This document shows positions 57,954-64,000 of a stretch of DNA of 64,000 nt, in pieces. The stretch is from IMG/VR virus record IMGVR_UViG_3300008259_000011, positions 70,144 to 134,143 of that record; one strand, written 5' to 3'. The stretch comes from a virus. Both the position numbers and the translations under genes were made by a program. Every line of letters begins with the position of its first letter. The stretch's first letter is position 1. The notes beneath the pieces were generated by a model. The model had not been told where the DNA came from. It worked only from the letters and a program-made list of their open reading frames with translations, and did no database searches.

Positions 57954-58436
57954 ATGACCAAAAACGAATTAAAACAGTTGATCCGTGAGATAATTGAACA
58001 ACAGATTAGTGAAGGTGGCGTATCAAGATTCTTTCCCGGTAAAGATTTCAGTGGAATACCGGGCGGAGAACATCCTGATGCTGTGGATGCTGGTGATGAA
58101 CGATTGCATCCTAGAGTAATACCACCAGAGGCATTGCGGTCAGATGAAATTACACCAGAGTATTTGAAAAACCCTAAATTTTTCAAGTTATTGGCATTAA
58201 AAGGTGGCTTAACTGACAAAGAAAGGGATGTTATTAATTTTCGATATGGCAGTCTAACAACTGAGTTTGATTCTCTTGCGAATACTGCTATTGCAATGTC
58301 CCGTAAGTATAAGAAGAAGTTTACTAAAGAACATATCATTCAGCTTCAGGCTAGGGCGATACATAAGTTAAGAGTTGGGTTATCCAAGTTGAACAGTGCT
58401 GAAAGGGCGGAGTTTGAGTTTGGAGCTGAGAACTGA
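57954..58436 (+). CDS. sigma70 region-4-like HTH protein with MTKNELKQLIRE motif
   Basis: LTDKERDVINFRYG...TKEHIIQLQARAIHKLR. Confidence 0.7.
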   Translation: MTKNELKQLIREIIEQQISEGGVSRFFPGKDFSGIPGGEHPDAVDAGDERLHPRVIPPEALRSDEITPEYLKNPKFFKLLALKGGLTDKERDVINFRYGSLTTEFDSLANTAIAMSRKYKKKFTKEHIIQLQARAIHKLRVGLSKLNSAERAEFEFGAEN

Positions 58437-58520
58437 CATGTAATGTTTATGAAATACCGCAATTTTTAATTTGGGTATTGGAAACTTAGATATTGTGAGT
58501 GTTTGATTTGGTATACTTAT

Positions 58521-61500
58521 ATGGATATGACACAAGATATTATACCGTTGACAGAGGAGTTGTATTTTCAAAACGACACCGCAACGTTGTTTCACAGAAC
58601 GAGACTTGAATTAGATAAAATATCTCAAATTTTAAACAGTGGGTGGTCTGATAGTGGTAGTGGATTGTATGGTCGAGGTATTTATACAACATACAAGATA
58701 GACCAACAGTTTACCGGTAAAATGTCCGGTTATGGTGATCGACTATTGAAATTTAAACGCACTACACTTAAAAATATTATTTTCTTTTCTGAGAAATTGG
58801 CTAAAAAAGTACATCCAGATGGTCCATCTCTCAAAGATCAGTTTAACAAGATTTATCCAAAACACAGAATTACCGATGCGGAGTTTGAAGACTATCAAAA
58901 ACAGGTTGAGTCAAGTGTATATTCAGCGGATGTTGCAAAAAGAGTATATGATGATCATCCTGACATAGCTATGCATGTGCCAGGAATTGAATATTTTGGA
59001 AGACAAGATGGTCCATGTATGTTGATATATCCTCCTGCCAAAGATACGATTTTATTGGCTGCAGCGAATGTTTCTGGTACAGAAAAAATTGATTTTGATG
59101 ATATCCCATGGATAAGTGTTGGTGGTGCCCGTCAAGTGAGTCAAAAAGCATTTGATAGTGGTTTGTATGGAGTTCCAAAACATGTATTGCAATTAAATTT
59201 AAAGAAATTAGACAAGTCATCATTTCAAATTTTTAAAAGAATAACAAGCAAAGAAAAGTGGTCTTTGGAGGACATGAAAAGTTTAGTTCAAACTCTAAAT
59301 CCTACATTCGCATTTAATATCATAAGTAATAATGAACACAAGTTTCCCAATCCATATGATATTGACTATACACTTTTGATAGAAATGATTGCTATAAATC
59401 AGAACAGTAAATTGCTTACTAAAATTATTAAACACGTGGTTGATAGCAAACTATTGGACGAAAGACAAAAAAATATATTTGTTAGTCGATTACATCATCA
59501 TGCGATCAATATTCCACAACTTCCTCCGTTAAATTTAGAGGATATAAATGAACTAATTAATTTAGCAAGTCAATATCCATCTGTTGTTGGGTTTTACAGT
59601 TACGCGGTGTTATTATTTACACGTAGTAATGTATTTAATAATGTTTCGGATCATATAAGTACGTTTAATAGATTTGAACAAATTAAACAAGGTGGACTGA
59701 ATCTTAAGACTACGGTTGCATATAATTCATTCAAGTCACTTTCTAGTGTTTATCTTATACGTTTAATTCAAAACGGTACTATTTTTAATCAAATAATATC
59801 ACATATACAAAACACGTATAAAAATTATGGCCTATCTATATACTTTAAATTTGTAGACACTCTTTTACAAGATTCGCCTAACATAGAGTTTTTAAAATTA
59901 ATTGTGTCGATTTTGGACGGTCCAAGTCACGATCAGTTAGATCCATCGTTTTTTGCTGCTTTTGAGTCATCGAAGACGCAATATAGACGATATATTGCGG
60001 ATTATCTTATCAGTTTTAAGTTTAATCAATTAAAAACCGACAGTCATTTGTTTATAATAAAGACATATGTCGATGACGACGCTGCTGATAATTTACAAAA
60101 CTATCTGCAAAAACTAGAACCAAAAACTGGAGAGATTTTAAGTTCGGTATTAAAACAAAGTTCCAGTGAATTGATGACCCGGTTTTTAAATTTAAATTCG
60201 GAGTTCACAAAATACATCCCCGATATTGATGGATTCGATTTAGCTGATTATTTACGTAAATCTGACGGCGCAACTTTTCAACGAAATGTAAATGGAGTAA
60301 TTAACGCTTTTTCTACTAAACGTTTACTGTCTTTTTCAGATCTTAGTGGTATTGTTTTTGCAGCAGATTCAAAAAACGAACTTTTTAATATTTTTATCGA
60401 TAAGGTTTTTCCTGATTTGTACTCAAAAAAATCACTTTTTGAACAGAATGTATTTGACTTGGAAAATGTAATATTTTTGGCAACAGATTCAGTTCAAAGA
60501 CAATATGAATCGATACCACGTCTGATACAAGAGTTTTATAAGGTTGCTCCTAATGAGTTTACTGTTTATAAAAATGCTGCAGATGGACCTAAATGGTTTT
60601 CGGACACGATTGGACTATTGTCAGAAGGACTTGACAGAAACGCAATAATGGTTGGCATTACACTATTGTCTGATCCTATATCACTGTTTCCTCCATCAAA
60701 ACTTGATCCGAAACTCATTAATTTATTTTTAAATTCCGTCAGTCAACGATCATTAACTTTTGGTTTATTATCACAAATAGTGAATGACGATAACATGTTT
60801 ATTCCAAAAAAAGAAGATAATGATGAAGTTAATAGTATTTTGATGATACTTTTTTCAAGTCCACTTTCAAATGAAACATTAATTAAAATTAAAAAGTTTA
60901 ACCCGACTTTTTTTGAAACGATTGATGATAGCAATTTAATAAAAATAACAGGCGATATAGGATCAACACTAAGAAATACGGTAAGACCGGAAGGGACAGA
61001 TAAACTTAGTTGGGATGGATATTTGATTCAGAACTTAAGGTCTATATTCGACCAATTGAAAAAGAACCCAAATTTATCCAATATCGATACCTTTGTTGCG
61101 TTTTATTTAAAAACATTACGAGTGTCATCCAATCCAGAAAAGTTTGTGGAATTTGTAAAATTTCTTGTGGACTGGAAAGGCGCATCTTTAGGTATACGAA
61201 ACATAAATACAATTGTCGGTTCATTGGATCAAACAGATTACAAAACAAAACGTGAATTACTTTATAATAACAAAGGATTATCTGAAGTAATTTTTACAAT
61301 TTTAGGTGATCTATTGAGATTCGCTAATGATCCTGTTTTCAAGTTTGTTTATAGATTCTCAGTGAACAAAATGTTTATTCTTTCTAAATATTTGGAGTCC
61401 AGAGAAGAATCCGCAGATTCAAATATCGTTAGTGACATGTATGATTATACCCCTGATAATTTAAAGGGAGAGTTTGTAAAGAAAATATACGCTGATAACA

Positions 61501-63242
61501 AAGTGGTGTTCGACGCAGATTTAACTGGTAAATTACTCGCGTCAACTCAAACACCACAAACAGCTGAACTTTTATTGAATCGCACAGATCTTGATAACTG
61601 GAAAGTGTGGCAAATATTAGAACTTTTTAGATATAATGATTCTATTAAATCGACTGGAGTAAAAACATATGTATATAAAAGACTCGCAAAGTATTTTCCA
61701 AAGTTTACTGAAGATGACTCTCAAGATTTTATTTTCGGGTTGTATAGCTTTAACTCCTTGCTTTTCTTTTTAGCCAATAAACCTAACATTACAAAGAACT
61801 CGATTTACGTTTTATTTAATAAGGCTTTGTCTGACGATATCTCCAAAGATAACGTTTTTAGTCGAACAGAATCAATCGCTAAAGTAATTAACCGATATCA
61901 CAATCCAATGGTTATGACTTGGTTTATAGAAGCAGCTAATTCATCTGCGGCGAGTTCAGTTTATTATTCTACGTCGTATGATGATTTATATTTGAAGATT
62001 TTAGATTTACAAAAAAATAGAATCTCACCATTTACGGTAAGAGAAATGTTAAATGGTATTTCACGTGAAACCAAAGATGTCAATGATAAACTTTTTAAAT
62101 ACGTAATATCGTTTGCAACGTCTTTAATTAAAAATAACGGATCTAATATCAATCCAGATATAATTGAACAGGTTTTAAATTATACGAGCAAACGTTTAAC
62201 TTCAAAAAATAAGTTTAAAGAAATACTAAATTTGTTTCTGACAGCCACAAAACCAAATCTAAATGACCGTTTGGTTTATTTGTTCATGGACACTTTAAAT
62301 GCAAGCGCTGATTCCGATCAATCATATGAAGTAGCTAAACAGATAATTAGAAGTGTTGGTCCATCTATAACTACATCAATGATCCACAATATTATTACAA
62401 AAGGAATTGATCCCACACATGACATTAAATTTCAAAATAAAGAGTTAGTGACTAAAATCATAAACTTAAAAAACAATAAGTTAACAAGAGATGATATTAA
62501 AACATTGGTGTTGGGATCTAATGATCCCAAAGATACTGTTAACAAAGTTAAGGATTATGTGGACAATAATTGGCTTAAACAACTGGCATCAGTGTATCGT
62601 ATTCCGGTTGATGAAAGTTTAATTAAATATTCAGATTATTACAATATTATGAACGAGGACAAAAAACAAGCATATCAAATGGATTTAAATCAAGCATTCG
62701 ATGTTTTTGATCAATCCTATAAAAAAGCAACAGGAAAGAGTTGGGATAAACAAAAGTTTATTTCACGTGCTCAATCGTGGACATTCTTTGGCGATGACGC
62801 TGGATATGTTGCTGTACGTGAACAACGTGGGGGTATGGTTAAATTAGTAGGTGTTGCTGGCAATCCAAAAAGTGTATTACGTGGGTTTCGTGAAATGACA
62901 GCCGAATACGCAGGTAAATCAATATGGGGTGCTGTCAGTTCTGATATAGCAGATATGACAATAAGAATTGATCCGAACTTTAAAAAATTAACTGTGCCAT
63001 CAGGTATGGTGGGTAAATTAATGTTTAATGCAATTAAAGCAATTATCCCCCCTCAAGTATTCGGAGGCGCTGTAATCAAACAAGTTAATGCTGATGGTAC
63101 AATTACTTTCGATTATCCGGATGTGGGTGAAACTAACAAAGTATTGCTTGGAAACACAGAATATTTCGATTTTCTTAAGACACAAGTATTGAGTGATCCA
63201 AGAATCGCACCATATAAAAACATCATACAGAAATTGTTTTAA
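58521..63242 (+). CDS. very large protein with N-terminal ADP-ribosyltransferase-like domain
   Basis: LFHRT, GLYGRGIYTT motifs, then long helical region; start uncertain. Confidence 0.6.
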   Translation: MDMTQDIIPLTEELYFQNDTATLFHRTRLELDKISQILNSGWSDSGSGLYGRGIYTTYKIDQQFTGKMSGYGDRLLKFKRTTLKNIIFFSEKLAKKVHPDGPSLKDQFNKIYPKHRITDAEFEDYQKQVESSVYSADVAKRVYDDHPDIAMHVPGIEYFGRQDGPCMLIYPPAKDTILLAAANVSGTEKIDFDDIPWISVGGARQVSQKAFDSGLYGVPKHVLQLNLKKLDKSSFQIFKRITSKEKWSLEDMKSLVQTLNPTFAFNIISNNEHKFPNPYDIDYTLLIEMIAINQNSKLLTKIIKHVVDSKLLDERQKNIFVSRLHHHAINIPQLPPLNLEDINELINLASQYPSVVGFYSYAVLLFTRSNVFNNVSDHISTFNRFEQIKQGGLNLKTTVAYNSFKSLSSVYLIRLIQNGTIFNQIISHIQNTYKNYGLSIYFKFVDTLLQDSPNIEFLKLIVSILDGPSHDQLDPSFFAAFESSKTQYRRYIADYLISFKFNQLKTDSHLFIIKTYVDDDAADNLQNYLQKLEPKTGEILSSVLKQSSSELMTRFLNLNSEFTKYIPDIDGFDLADYLRKSDGATFQRNVNGVINAFSTKRLLSFSDLSGIVFAADSKNELFNIFIDKVFPDLYSKKSLFEQNVFDLENVIFLATDSVQRQYESIPRLIQEFYKVAPNEFTVYKNAADGPKWFSDTIGLLSEGLDRNAIMVGITLLSDPISLFPPSKLDPKLINLFLNSVSQRSLTFGLLSQIVNDDNMFIPKKEDNDEVNSILMILFSSPLSNETLIKIKKFNPTFFETIDDSNLIKITGDIGSTLRNTVRPEGTDKLSWDGYLIQNLRSIFDQLKKNPNLSNIDTFVAFYLKTLRVSSNPEKFVEFVKFLVDWKGASLGIRNINTIVGSLDQTDYKTKRELLYNNKGLSEVIFTILGDLLRFANDPVFKFVYRFSVNKMFILSKYLESREESADSNIVSDMYDYTPDNLKGEFVKKIYADNKVVFDADLTGKLLASTQTPQTAELLLNRTDLDNWKVWQILELFRYNDSIKSTGVKTYVYKRLAKYFPKFTEDDSQDFIFGLYSFNSLLFFLANKPNITKNSIYVLFNKALSDDISKDNVFSRTESIAKVINRYHNPMVMTWFIEAANSSAASSVYYSTSYDDLYLKILDLQKNRISPFTVREMLNGISRETKDVNDKLFKYVISFATSLIKNNGSNINPDIIEQVLNYTSKRLTSKNKFKEILNLFLTATKPNLNDRLVYLFMDTLNASADSDQSYEVAKQIIRSVGPSITTSMIHNIITKGIDPTHDIKFQNKELVTKIINLKNNKLTRDDIKTLVLGSNDPKDTVNKVKDYVDNNWLKQLASVYRIPVDESLIKYSDYYNIMNEDKKQAYQMDLNQAFDVFDQSYKKATGKSWDKQKFISRAQSWTFFGDDAGYVAVREQRGGMVKLVGVAGNPKSVLRGFREMTAEYAGKSIWGAVSSDIADMTIRIDPNFKKLTVPSGMVGKLMFNAIKAIIPPQVFGGAVIKQVNADGTITFDYPDVGETNKVLLGNTEYFDFLKTQVLSDPRIAPYKNIIQKLF

Positions 63243-63263
63243 TTTTACATAATAAATAATATT

Positions 63264-64000
63264 ATGACAAAAGACGAACTTAAAAATTTGATTAGACATC
63301 CTGATACAATTAAGAAGGTTACTGATCTATTGAAGAACAGTAAAGTTGACTTTGACTTGTATTTTGTAAATAAACCGGGATTAAGAAAATTTAGTGAACG
63401 TGGTAGAGTTACTTATGATTTTATTAAGAACCCATATCCTGATGGATTGGGATTAAGTCCAGATGAAATCAAAATAAACAGCGATAATATTACCGTTTTC
63501 TTTGTAAGTAATACCGCAGCGGATAAGGTTCCAATGACTCCTTGGACAATTGTTCATAGAATTGGACATGCATTGAACCGAGTTGATCCATTTCAGGAGT
63601 ATACCAAGTGGTTAGATAAAGAATTTGATGAATTACTTGCTTTATATGGTAAACAAAAAGTAAGTAGAACCTATGATAATGATTACAAAAAGATAAGAAA
63701 ATATGAATTAGCTAAGGGTAGATTGTTTGAACTTATAGGAACAATGAACAGTGCTAGAACTGGTAGACTACATCTTAGACCATATGAGTTTTATTATGAG
63801 TTGTTTGTACAGTATATGAAAGATGGTGAAATCGAGTTTAATCCGTTAACCCAAAATATATTGGTTGGGTTTGGTCCGTATGGTCGAAAATCTATTGCCA
63901 AAACACAAAACTTGGAAGAGGCACAAGACAAGTTGGATATGATTGCTAGAACCATACCTTATTATCTTAATGATGTATTGTATGCTAATGTCGGTGAGAT
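63264..64000 (+). CDS. partial hypothetical protein (MTKDELKNLIR start), runs off window
   Basis: reading frame appears open to the end of the window. Confidence 0.7.
   Translation, partial: MTKDELKNLIRHPDTIKKVTDLLKNSKVDFDLYFVNKPGLRKFSERGRVTYDFIKNPYPDGLGLSPDEIKINSDNITVFFVSNTAADKVPMTPWTIVHRIGHALNRVDPFQEYTKWLDKEFDELLALYGKQKVSRTYDNDYKKIRKYELAKGRLFELIGTMNSARTGRLHLRPYEFYYELFVQYMKDGEIEFNPLTQNILVGFGPYGRKSIAKTQNLEEAQDKLDMIARTIPYYLNDVLYANVGE

Overview
64 kb of an AT-rich jumbo/huge phage genome with T4-like gene content. The host is a diderm bacterium, and two proteins tentatively point to Verrucomicrobia. 1-12 kb holds baseplate, sigma-like, Hsp20, glycosyltransferase, HD and PhoH genes. 12-27 kb holds a tmRNA, about 27 readable tRNA genes in two minus-strand arrays, and many atypical tRNA-like and structured RNAs, interspersed with methyltransferases, GDP-fucose synthase, an HNH nuclease, and Mom-like and ADP-ribosyltransferase-like genes. 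27-34 kb and 53-64 kb hold probable virion-internal proteins with shared N-terminal motifs. 34-52 kb is an early/host-takeover-like block with sigma70 promoters, 30 same-orientation GACGCGTAAAA repeats and four parS-like palindromes. Main discovery: each tRNA array is preceded by a 23-codon leader ORF with overlapping antiterminator/terminator hairpins, and each leader's codons match the tRNAs of its own downstream array. This looks like ribosome-mediated attenuation that senses depletion of many tRNAs and switches on the phage's replacement tRNAs. All calls were read by eye; no searches or folding programs were run.
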